A stretch of DNA of 64,000 nt from Takakia lepidozioides (taxonomy: Eukaryota; Plantae; Bryophyta): the NCBI GenBank assembly GCA_030704615.1, contig CM060731.1, positions 41,478,001-41,542,000 on the forward strand, in the 5' to 3' direction. Made by a program: the position numbers and the translations under genes. This document shows, piece after piece, positions 13,141 to 24,713 of this stretch. A model generated the notes under the pieces. It searched no databases, had not been told where the DNA came from, and saw only the letters and a list, made by a program, of their open reading frames with translations. The stretch's first letter is position 1. Each line of letters starts with the position of its first letter.

Positions 13141-13644
13141 TTTGCAGAATGGTTGGCTGTCCAGGAGCAATCACAAGCTACCTAGACGACAAACAATTCA
13201 CATGCATAGGGCTGGCTTGCGGCTGGCCACTTTCAACTTCTCAGGGTGAATCAACCAAAGGAAACAACTTGAAGTGGGACAAGTTCTTCGGACTAATGAT
13301 ATTCATATCTGTGCTGGGCAAGAAACATGGGAAACGTCGGATAAACTGGTTGGAGATGTCAATGGTTATAAATGGGCAGGTAAGATGTGTACTCTCAAGG
13401 CAGCCTCTGCCAAACGCGGTCAAAAAGGGGTTGGATTCTTTATCCGTGATTTCTTGTTTGACAATTGTGAAATTATCAACAAGGGTTTGAGGTACGAGCA
13501 TAGTATCTGGCTAAAACTGAATCTGAAGGGTGGATGAGTACGAAGGACCTCTTTGTGGGTTTGTGTTTACATGCCCACAGAGGGACCCTCAGTGCTGACG
13601 CAGACAAAGCCTTCGAAGATGTAAAGCTGAACTGTGCTTCGTTT

Positions 13645-14405
13645 TTCGGCTTGTACAAACGTTGAAGGGCCAACCAGAATTTCTTGTCATTACCACCATG
13701 GTGGTTTGAGTTTATTTCACTGTATAACTTGTCCGAGTATAATTTCTTCTGAGACCTAACAAGCTGATTGATATCTTTACAGAGCTGGTAGTACCTCGCC
13801 CACAATTCTCTGTACCGCAGACAATTAGTTTCCTCCCAATGATCTTGTCAGCCACGGAGGAAACTCCCAAGAGTCCACTGCTCTTTCGACTTCATTTCTT
13901 GCGTTGTCAGAGCGAGACTGAAGTTCTTGGAGTGATTGGACAAAATGAGGGAGAGCCTCTTGCAAGGCCTGGACGTACTCAGCCTTGACCTCCTCATTAT
14001 GGAATTCTTCTATGCGCCACTTCCGAATCGAACGTTTCACAGATCTCTTGGTGTTGGGAAAACACCTTTTGATCTCAGTCCAAACCAGGAAGTGGTCAGA
14101 GGTACCAATATCAGTTCTGTCGATCAACACATTGGCACACTGGGGGAACAAATTTTTGTCCATTATGATATAGTCCACAACAGAACGTTCCCCAGTTTGG
14201 GATTTCTCACGAGTCCACTGCACTTGGTCACCTCTTGTCCTGTTATTCAAGGTGAAAAGCTGAAGCTCTTCCAGGCCGTTAATTAACCGTCTGCCATTAG
14301 AATTCAGCTCGTCCTCACCAAAAGGCCCAATGATATCGTCCTGATGGAGCCCTTTGCCCACCCGGGCATTGAAGTCACCCAATAGCACCACCTGACCTTT
14401 GGCAA
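13645..14405 (-). pseudogene. Inverted segment of the LINE ORF (C-terminal half of APE endonuclease + linker)
   Basis: VLLGDFNARVG...VVDYI...SDHFLV reads on the minus strand, between plus-strand APE N-half and RT. Confidence 0.9.
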
Positions 14406-16630
14406 GGAACGACGGTCAGCAAGTACAAGCGCTGAAGACTACTAAAGGTGCAGTGGTGACTTCATCGGTTGACATTGTCAAAACCTTTGAAACTCACTAC
14501 AGTATCCTTGGCAGAACTTCTAGGTCTAACAGTGAGGGGTCTTTTGCTGAATGGAGGGACACAGTTGGAAAAACTGTTCCTATGATTCAAAACAGCCCTG
14601 ATGACCCTGATGAACTGGAGTATATTTCAATGGCTTATAACGCTCCCATTAGTTCTTCTGAGATTGTGGAAGCAATTGAACATTTAAATGGATATAAAGC
14701 TGGTGGACCTGATGGTATTGTCAACGAGCTTATCAAGCACGGTGGCGAACCCATGATAGAGGCCCTAGTTCTCCTCTTTAACCTTATCTGGAAGACTGAA
14801 ATGATCCCCTTTCGCTGGCGACAGGGGGTCATTGTCAATCTATACAAGAAGGGTGACAGAGAAGAACCGGGGAACTACCGTGGCATCACGCTCCTCAATG
14901 CTGTTGGCAAGACATTCTGCAGAGTTATAAGTACTCGTCTCGAGGTTGATCTGGAGTCTAGAGGTTGTTTCCACGAAGGCCAAGCTGGCTTTCGGCGAAA
15001 CAGGGGCTGTGTGGATCATATCTTCACTCTAAGCCAGATTATCCAGGGAAGGAAAAAAGAAGGGAAACCCACTTATGTTTTTTTCCTGGATGTCAAAAAG
15101 GCTTATGACACAGTGTGGAGATGGCCCATGGTTCCGCCTCTAGTCTTGTGGGATCAAGGGAAAGATGTGGAGAGTTGTGCACAACTTGTATGCTCACACC
15201 AAAAGCTGTGTCACTGTTAACGGACAGAAGTCCAACTTCTTTGACATAGACCAAGGTGTAGCTCAAGGATGTACTCTCTCCCCTCTGCTCTTCAATGTTT
15301 TCATCAATCAACTCCTCGAGGATGTGGAAAGTGAGGGATTTGGGTTAAGGGTGGGTGATACCACCATACCAGCCCTTATGTTTGCGGATGACTTTGCAGG
15401 CATAGGGGAGACTCCAACCAATCTCCAGGAGTTGATTGATTGCGCGAAGAGATACTTTGATCTTTGGGGGCTAGAGGCTAATGTCAGCAAATGTGCAGTG
15501 GTAGCATTCAACGACAGAGGAGAGGGAGGAAGTGATCTTAAGTGGCAGTGGGGTAGCCAAGAGATCCCGGTCCTCCCTTCCTACACTTACCTGGGCGTTG
15601 AGTTTTCCTCCAATTGTAATTGGGATGCACATATCCGGAAAGTTGTTCAAACTGGCAAGGGCAAAGCTCTGGGGCTCACTAAATTTTTCCACTGCAGAGG
15701 GGTCAACTCTGAGGTTAAGAAAACCATGCTTTGTCGCGTTATTAGACCTGCCTTGGAGTACGGATCTGCAATATGGGTTGATAACTCCAACCAGGCTAAG
15801 TCTCTAGAATCCATTCAAGTGGGGGTGCTTAAGGAGTGTATGTCAGCATGCTCCAAAACAGCCAATGTGGCTGTTCGGGGTGAGTTTGGCATTCCGTCCT
15901 TAAGCTCCCGACGAGATGAATTCAAGGTCAGATGGTGGGGTCAGCTGCAACATATGCCCAACACCAGATATCCTAAGTTAATTGACTCTATATCTTGGAA
16001 ACAGGACCGCCCTGTCAAACAGGCTAAGTCCTGGCAGAAGAGAGTAGAAGAGATTCTCAAGGACCTGGACCTGGATCCGCAAGTCTTGACCCTGCTGGAT
16101 AAATCTGACTTAGAGGCTGTAGTGTCCAAAGCCATGTCTGTTGCCATGAGATTGTCTGATGAAAATGAAGTTAGGCAGAAAAATTCCCTGAACTTGTTTC
16201 CAGTCAGTGACATGGGGGAGGACATCTTGGATGACCTCAAGGGTCTACCCACTCTCGGCACTAGACTGAAGACAGTATTCATTTTTTGATACACTGTCCG
16301 GGGTTCTCTCACGAAAGAGACGCTCTCTTCAAATCTATCAAGGGAATTGTGCCTGTACCCCTGTTTACCAACTTTGAAAGTCGTGAGGCTGAGCCAAAAG
16401 CCCATGCCCTCCTGAGGCCTAGTTTTTGGGCAAATCACACACAGCAGATTGATGCTTGTGTGAAGGGATTTCTAGAGGATATCTGGAAAACCCGGATTAA
16501 TTCTATATATGAAGGTAAGTCTTACTACCAACGTCAGCCCCTGACAGAGGTAGGTTCTGTCCCTTTTGTTCCCGCTCAAACTGGGCGCGGGGTCAATGGC
16601 CACAAGGCTACGGCAAACAACGTCTTATGA
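14405..16630 (+). pseudogene. LINE reverse transcriptase domain (frameshifted)
   Basis: ORFs 14399-15220, 15165-16289 and 16286-16630; frameshift near 15120; deletion of part of the zinc finger near 16268. Confidence 0.92.
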
Positions 16631-17193
16631 GTACAATCTTTTGTCATGAGGTACCCCTACCTTGTCCACAGGCATCTCTAACTGATGGGTCAGAGGTATT
16701 CAGTTCTCAAATATGTTACAAGCACCTTTTACTGAATCATGAGAACACTCAGGATCCTGTCACAGCTTATGAATGCGCCTAGTGCAAAACGCGCTTCATT
16801 CTAAAGCTGCAAACCTTGCGAAAGATCACGAAGTGACTCCTGTTCCAAAATTACTAAAGTACATCATACGACATAAGTAGCTTTTATGAAAAGTTAATTC
16901 TTTTCACTCTAGACTCACAAGCGAGCTCATCAGATCTCTGCAACTGTGCTTACCACATCTCTAGTTTTGTTCTGAAACAACTCATTTGTTTTTTGCAACA
17001 TGGTTTTAGACTCTGGATACGGTAACATATGTATGCATTGCTTCAAACAATATTGTGGACACAAGTTGACAAAGAAGCATTGCAAGCTCACTCGAGAAGC
17101 GTTTGGCACTTCAAGAGAACTCTTCAAGCTTTGAATCAATGTTCTGGAAACTATACAACACTTCTGACTGAAGATCTCTTTAATTTTGCCCAG

Positions 17194-18740
17194 GTTTACC
17201 TTGTTCAACAAGTGTGGCCACCCCCTAACGATGATCGGGAAACCACCCTGGATGTCATCTTTTTCCATGGATTCCAGTTTGGAAAGGAAAGCAGTGTTTC
17301 ACAGCACACATGGGTGCATCATGACAATCATGAACTCTCCTGGCCAGTGAAGTGGCTGCCAGAAGACCTGGAAGGAACAGTGCGTGTTCTACTCGTATCT
17401 CATAGTGCAGATGTTAGATATTCCAACATCCAAGCTGTTGACGACTTTGGCAGGAGGTTGCAGCAAAGCTTACTCAGGTACCTTGCTGGAATGTGAAGGC
17501 AGATTCGGAGCCTAGCTCCTAGTCCTCGATCTTATCCACCTAGATGTTGAAAGGAAATGGTGAGGGTTAGCTGTTCAGAACAGGATCTGGAAATGTCTAT
17601 GCACATTTTGGCGTCCAAGATCAAAATCTGATATTGCTTGATCCTGTTCATGTGCAGTTCATCTCGTTCCAGTTTCGGATGGCAAAAACCAATTGTGCTT
17701 GTTGGCCATGGCTACGGAGGTTTGGCTGTGAAGAGCTTAGTGGTACATACTGCAAGGACTGAAACCATGCCATGTGCGAACGAACTGGACAAGGAGGCTG
17801 CTGAGAATGCAAAAGCGTTCTTATCAAATCTCCGAGGCATTGCACACTATGCTGTTCCCCATTCCGCAATGAACTTGGGAAGTTTTGGTAAATTGGAGCC
17901 CTCAGGAAATATACAACACGACCTGATTGAGCGTTTATCAACAGAATTTGAGGGAGTTATTTGTAGACTTCAAATCCACATCTTTGCTTTCGGAGAGGGC
18001 AAACCAACACAAAATTGGGTACGTTCTCTGGAGTTTTTCATAATGACAAACCAAGAAATGCTGCGGAGTATTGGTACTAATAAAATTTACTAATTGGATA
18101 GGAACATGATGCAAGGCACTTTATGCTAGGTGTCAAGTAGTGCAGTATTTTAGGGTTAGCTAGGTGTACGTGCTGCTTCAACATTAACTAAGACTGGAGA
18201 ATTTTTCCCCTCTGAGAGGTTGAATTGCTTACTTTCCATCACATGTGGAGAACACAGACCTATGGTAAACCTCCCTGCACAAGCAACGATGCACAGTGCA
18301 ACAATGCCGTGCAGATGAATCAGAAGCTGAATTGTGTCATCTATGGTCTAAGTGGTTTAGATATCTTGAAGGCTGCCTTTTATATAACAACTCTTTGAGG
18401 TTCAAGAAAGTGTTACTACTCCAGTGGTTGAAAAGATGAATTTTCTATCTCGTAGGGTTGGATTGTGCCGTATGAGTCTGCCATAAGATTATCTGGCTTC
18501 AACAACTACAAAGTGGAGGAGTCGGATCATCTGGATATCACGCGACCTCCTTCCAGAGAACATATCATATATGACAAATTGTTGATGCTGCTGAAGATTT
18601 GCCAAAAACCACCGGTACGTCCTCATGTCAGTAGTGGACATTTTATCTCCTCGCCATATTTGTCCCTCACTTGTGTTATCATTAATGTGTCCCTGTATTC
18701 CGCCGATGTAATCTGGATTTTGCAGGATAGTGATGACTGA
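17194..18740 (+). CDS. SERAC1/DUF676-like alpha/beta-hydrolase domain exons; nucleophile Ser replaced by Gly
   Basis: DVIFFHG..TW..SWP..WLPEDL...RVL; PIVLVGHGYGGL.VK; VP..SA; SDHLDI.RP. Phase-consistent GT-AG exons 17194-17477, 17658-18018, 18456-18614 and 18726-18767. Confidence 0.85.
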
Positions 18741-18882
18741 TGCGCAACACCTTCCACTGAGCTCTAGGTGAGCAATATCTTCCTTATGCTACAGGCTATC
18801 CATGGTTTTTTGTAGATTGTGTTCTTAGCATATTTGCATATTGTGCATATGTTCTAATTTTTATCTGGTCACTGGAGTGCAG

Positions 18883-20887
18883 GGTGATGTGAACTTTGCT
18901 CTAATGATCTCTCAACTTGAAGGAGGGTGCCCAGAGGACTACAACACCATAACTGAGTTGTTCCTCGAGGTATGAATCGATGGATGATGACCATAAGTGT
19001 ATTCTATTCACTTATCTTCACCGGAACTTGAGGCTTAAAAGCGGAACCTATTGATCCGGAGTTTGTGTTTTGCAGCGCAACATGATCAGGGAGGCAATTG
19101 CTTTTCTTCTGGATGTTTTGAAGCCTAACCTTCCAGAGCATGCCATGCTTCAAACTAAGGTAGAGTCAGCTCTGACTCTTACAATGTGCAGTGCAGATGG
19201 ACTTGCATGGTCTATGCCCTCCTGTAACTTGTCTGTTGGTTTCCTGTTCTTTCCCCTTGCTATGGTGTGCATCTTGATTATCCTTCTATGACCTTGTTAC
19301 TAGTCCCCCCCCACTTTACATAGCTACCTTGCACGTACTTAGTACTTACCTGTAGATATGATCGACAAGGTCATGTCAATCCACTGGATAATGCGGCTGA
19401 CATGTGTAAATGAATGTTGTTGGTTATGCAGGTCTTGAAGATCAGTCTGGTCGCGTCCCCCAGCATAGCTGATTCAATTTTGGCAAAGGGCATGTTCAGC
19501 CATTATGACCGTCCTCAAATTGCTGAGCTCTGTCGGAAAGCTGGTCTTTACATGCATGCCCTTCAGGTCCTATTTCTGCTTTTGCACTCTTGCAGTGCTC
19601 TGCTCATCATACTTCAATCTGTTAATTTTGTTGATCTACACTGGTGCGTCTTGACTCAGGGCCGGAATATACTTTCCATTAGGCCTGAGTGCACCTGCTC
19701 TTGGAGGAACAGGAAATATCCTGAATACACCGACTGAAAGCGGAGACCTGTTATCGGGAGTGAATATTTTGTCCCCTCTTATTTGTGTTCTTTTTAATCC
19801 AGTTTTGTCTCCTCATTAATTTTTGCAGTGTGTCTGGATGTATACATCATCCTTGCCCTGGAGGTCAAACAGTCACTTTTATGTCCATGCAAATAAAGTT
19901 TCTAATGATCCTTCCTTGTGCAGGTGAACCCAGAAAATGCGCCTCTGGTAGTTGGGCAATTGCTGGATGATGGCCACCCCAAGGATTTCATCAAGGACCT
20001 TATCTTGTCTGTCCGCTCTTTACTGCCAGTGGAGGCACTGGTTGATGAGTGTGAGAAGAGGTAATAAATTGTTCCAGGTGGCTTTATGTCATTTTTAATC
20101 TGTTTGTTTGCTCCTAGCATGATGTCTATGTCAGAGTCAATTCTCAGGTTATGCGCAAGATGAAAATGTATGGAAAGAGGGCACATTACTGACTTTTTAA
20201 TTCCATGTGGAAGCTGTCTGTTGTCTCAGGATGAATCAAACTAACAGTTTGATGAGTTGGACAGGAACCAGGTGGGATTGCTGACTCAGTTCTTAGAGCA
20301 TCTTGTGAGTGAAGGGAGCAAAGAAGTGCATACACATAATGCATTGGGGAAGATCATCGTTGATACAAACAAAGATCCAGAGCTCTTTCTGACCAAAAAC
20401 CGCTACTATGACTCTAAGGTCATTGGTAAGTATTGTGAGACAAAGGATCACACACTTGAAGTAATTGCATATAGACGTGGTCAATGTGATGCTGAGCTTG
20501 TTGAATGCACAAACAAGCACAAGCTCTTCAAGATTCAGGCCAGGTACATCCCAACTCTATCTCCCGTCATTTGTGATTTTGTCTTGTGTTTTGCGTGATG
20601 TTTAGAAAAGATAAAGAAATTACCTGACTACATCTTGTTGGCGCTTCTTAGGTATGTGGTGGAGCGCATGGATCCTGACCCGTGGAAAAAGATTATGGAC
20701 CCAGAGTATTTAGAATACAGGAAGCAGCTTACTCTTGAGGTGTTGTCTATTGTTCTACCAGAGAGCAAGAACCGAGAGCAGGTGTTAGCCCTGTTAGCAA
20801 CTTTGAAGGCACACTTGCCCCATGAGTTAGTTGAGCTTTTATAGTCAAGAATGTTTTTCAAAACTCTGCCTTGAGTGGTAATCACCT
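18883..20887 (+). CDS. Clathrin heavy chain-derived exons (central leg fragment, internal segment missing), copy 1
   Basis: [128 protein letters not shown] all match plant CHC. Exons 18883-18969, 19076-19159, 19432-19566, 19924-20060, 20265-20543 and 20652-20844. Confidence 0.92.
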
Positions 20888-20898
20888 CTAAAATATAC

Positions 20899-20994
20899 TC
20901 TTTCTCACCATCTTTCCGTTCAAACTGGGAGCGGTGTCAATGGCCACAAGGCTACGGCAAACAACATCTTATGAGTACATTCTTTCTCACCATC
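20899..20994 (+). mobile_element. 68-bp 5'-truncated LINE 3'-end insertion with 14-bp TSD
   Basis: 20913-20980 matches the LINE end at about 16569-16635; TCTTTCTCACCATC flanks it at 20899-20912 and 20981-20994. Confidence 0.9.
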
Positions 20995-22202
20995 AATTAC
21001 AGTGGTGGTTGAACCCTTCTTTGCTTCCATCAACGAGAAGTCCGTACAATTGCAAGTCAGCTAATTCCAATCGTAATTGTGTATACGTCGTCGTGTACAG
21101 TCGAGCCGACCGTTGCCATTCGATAAACACGCCCAAGGTCGGGTGGAGGTACGTCCACGGAGCTCTGAATAGTGCAAGCCATCCCAAGAGCATTGGCAAT
21201 CCGAGTCTCATTCAACTTGTTGGGAGGGTGTCGTCTCTTCACTCTTCCGAATCGCATTGTGGGATGTGCAGAATTGTCCAATCCATCTCTACTGGACCGA
21301 GCAGTCTGCAATGGCTGGGTCTGAGGAACTGGAAATGCGTGGGCCGGGACGTCTGTGCGTTGCACCATTCGAAATCTTTCTGCAGATAGAGCATCCGCCT
21401 CATTCTGAGAAAGGCTGCAACCCGGTGCAACAGGCCAGACGTCCGGAGGCTCCTGCATTCCCTGAATCCCGTACTTGGGCTTGCCAAATACATAGGTCAT
21501 TATGTCGTGCCTACAAAACCAAAACGTCTGCGTTTTGGCGTGAGAAAATGTGGGAGTTAAAAATCTGGCGCTGAAACAAGGTGCAGGTACAACACCGTAT
21601 GGGTTCCTCCGAATCATCTCACCACAGCGTGCTATCGTATCCACCCGGATGGCGCAACACTTCCCTCGAAATGTCGGCAATGTCCTTGCAATTCTCCACT
21701 GTGACTCCGACACTCTTGTCTCCACAATGGGAATGTTGTACTGCTTTACTACAGATGGCTCGTTATGTTGCCTGGGCACGTGCCTTGTGCTCAAAGGAGA
21801 TGGCGATCTTGAACGTGCAGGACTTGCGGTACTCGACGAGACTTCCTATTTTGGGCCGAAAACTGGCTAAGTCCGAACATGCACGGGAACGTTGTCTGGA
21901 AAAATGGCGCCGAATTTCCAGTTACATGGCCCAGAACTGCCCAACATCTGTGCAATCCCCAGCACCATGTACCGAAATTCGGCGCGACATTTCCAAATTT
22001 TGGGCTTACGGTGTCATGTGGGGACCTATAGCAACCCGGTTTGTTGTAGTGGCAGCCATTCACTCTACAGCTCATCAGATCCGTTCGCATGGGGACGGTT
22101 AATATGCGGGACTAAAGCCCAATATGTGCCCGGAGATTAGATTATTCCGAAATTTGACGTGGCAGAAGGGTATAACCGTTTTCCTATGCATATGTTCACA
22201 CG

Positions 22203-22319
22203 AATATGGTTTACCGTTGTCACCCGATTTTGCGCTCGGTGTGTAGGAACGCCCGGGTAAAGGTGACAGGTGTGTAGGACCCAGGGCTAGGGGTAAAGGT
22301 GACAACGGCAAACCATATT
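22203..22319. repeat. 22-bp inverted repeat (MITE-like remnant)
   Basis: AATATGGTTTACCGTTGTCACC at 22203-22224 versus GGTGACAACGGCAAACCATATT at 22298-22319 (21/22 match). Confidence 0.7.
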
Positions 22320-22413
22320 ACCCCTGGTGCGAATGAAAAGCGATATCCATGGGATGCCACAGAAGACCCGCTCGCCTTCAAGGTCCAGCTCACTTCACTT
22401 GAGAGCAGAAGCC

Positions 22414-24030
22414 ATGGCGGAAAATGCCCTGACTTTATGCAAAGAGACTATCGATTCGGTCCAGTGCCTCACGTCCACCAGCCAAGATTTGCAGATCAAC
22501 AATAAGTAAGCTTCTGGCAAAGAAACTCTCAGGAATCCAAGTGACACTGGACAAGATCCGAGAAATCTCATCTGAAGATGCAAGTGCCAATCGTTTTCAT
22601 GCTGCAGATCATTGGAACAGGCCATCGAGGAGCTTTGTCGCGTACTGAATGAGGCCAAGGTTCTGATCAAGGACTGTTGCTGCAAGGATCAGTGGCTGAA
22701 TGCAGCGATCAGGCATGGCGATAAAAAGGAAGATTTTGCGGGATTCTTCTACGAGGTGGACTGGCACACTTGGGTTCTGTGCGACATTTTCTCCCTGGGG
22801 ATCAGTCAAGAGACGCTCTACCTTTACGCAGAAGCTTGCGACGGTAAACTTAACATCACAGACTACGACGCTCTGGAGGCAGCGGCAAAGGAGGACCTGG
22901 ACAGCCTCGAGACTTCCTTGAAGGTCCTCACGGACCATCATGTTTGTGTGGAGAGCTGCAAGCAAGGGTATCAAACTGAGCAATGTCTTGCAGCGCAGCT
23001 GTTGAGGAGATTGCATTCCCCGGCCCCGGCCTCGCCAGTCACCCCAGATATCGTCCAGAAATCGCCACATATTTTGTGGGCGATGCTGGAGAACTTGTTG
23101 ACGGAAAAGAGTTAGGCAATGGTACCTTTGGGATGGTCTATGAAGTTACGTGGCAAGGCGAAAAGTACGCAAGGAAGGTATTCTTTGGAACGAAGACCTC
23201 TGCAGTTGCGGGGCAGGGACGAAAGTCCACAAAAAAGAAATCCTCGGCAAGGGGGAATTCATTCTTCGAGGAAGAGGTGGCTGCTCTAGCGGGACTCAAT
23301 CATCCCCACATCATGCGGCTAGTTTGCTGCTCTCAGAGCGAGAAGGACAGCCTTCTGATGGAATTGATGACCACTGACCTCATGCGCCACTTAAAAAAAA
23401 AGAACCACGCCATTTTCGAATCTTCGAGCCGTTGACCTCATGCTGCAAATCGCCGAGGGGATGAAATATTTGCATGCCCAACAAAAAGTTCACCGTGATC
23501 TTAAGTCTCTGAACATTCTGGTCAGATTCGCAGATCTTCCACCTTCCCTAGGAGAAGACGCACGCGTGTATGCAAAGGTGGGTGATTTTGGCGCATCAAA
23601 GATCAAGAATAACAGTACTAGGTACACGAATCAGACTCTCGAGATTGGTTCCAGATTGTGGAAGGCGCCGGAGGTTTTCAGTTTGGAGGATGAAGAAGAG
23701 CGTCCTAGCAGGTCTCACCCTTGGACAGCAGATGTTTACAGTTTTGGGATTGTCTGCGCTGAGATACTGACAGGAGAGGAGCCATTTAACCGGGATTCGG
23801 AAGAGGGTGAAGGGCGGGGAGAGGCCATGGCTGCCGGTTAGTTGTCCAGCCAGGTTGGCTTTCTTGATTGGAAAATGTTGGAGTGGTGACCCTCTCGAGA
23901 GACCTAATTTCTCAAAGATTTGCAGAGAGCTGAGATACAAAGGGCTCAAAGGGCTCCTTCTGAAGGGTTCGGATTGGCTCTTGGATTTTCGAAGAATGCT
24001 GTAATTCTGGTCTGTTTGTACCCTTCGGTA
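22414..24030 (+). pseudogene. Helical-bundle (MCAfunc/MLKL-N-like) + TKL/Raf-like kinase pseudogene, copy 1
   Basis: LGNGTFGMV, ARK, EV..L..LNHPHI, VHRDLKSLNIL, DFG, WKAPE, DVYSFG; stop near 22507 and several frameshifts; intronless. Confidence 0.9.
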
Positions 24031-24713
24031 GGCATTTGTGCAGATGTAGACTTGGGGCCTTGATGTGGAGTCGAGCAAATGCCCGATCCCGCAGTCTGGG
24101 ACTTGAAGCAGGATACCTACTAAGAAGACCAGATTGTCTTACTCTGTACGGCTTGAGGAATGTAAGCCTTTACAAATGTCATCTGGGAAAAGTCAGGGTG
24201 CAGTGGGGTGTAGTTGTTCCTCTGGATGGTGACTGTTGTTTGTCGTATAATCTCGATATGTGGATTCTATTAAGTAGGATTTGGAGCAGCACTTCCGCCA
24301 TGTGTTGGTCTTGGAAGGATGACTGTCCAGGTCATCTGCAGTGGACAGGACCTCTCGGTTGTGTCGAGCCAAAGTGGGCGTGGTTGGGAGCTGTTAAGAG
24401 TCCTCGGTAGAGGTACTTAGCGCACCCCTGCCCATTGAATGATGCCACCATTATCATGGCTCATACTTGTCTTCCGACCACCCTTCTAGGGTGAGAATGC
24501 TTTTGGTGGATGTTTGTCGGTGGAGGGCCCTCGCTTGTTGCAATCTCCTGTAAAAGAAGGAAAAAAGAATGCTAACAGGCCTTGCAATGTGAGGACCCTG
24601 AAGACTGGATCCCTGGTTTCCTTCACCAACTACCACTGGCTTGTTTAATAATCATCTTCAGAAAGGCCAGTCCACGGCTCTCAAAGTTATTTGTTTTTTC
24701 AGTCTGAAATTGA

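Larger units (their letters stand above)
12422..16636 (+). mobile_element. Non-LTR retrotransposon (APE endonuclease + RT), degraded, with internal inversion
   Basis: APE motifs (GQETW, GDFNA, VVDYI, SDH) and RT motifs (KAGGPDG, NYRGITLL, QAGFR, DVKKAYD, GVAQG, FADD, YLGV). 12-bp TSD TCTTTTGTCATG at 12410-12421 and 16637-16648. Confidence 0.95.

Noticed and set aside
18738-18767. U-to-C RNA editing rescuing the stop codons
   Set aside because: That editing is known from organelles; this locus is nuclear with spliceosomal introns.
9957-20844. Canonical NLR gene
   Set aside because: No NB-ARC/NACHT P-loop, kinase-2, GLPL or MHD motifs were found.
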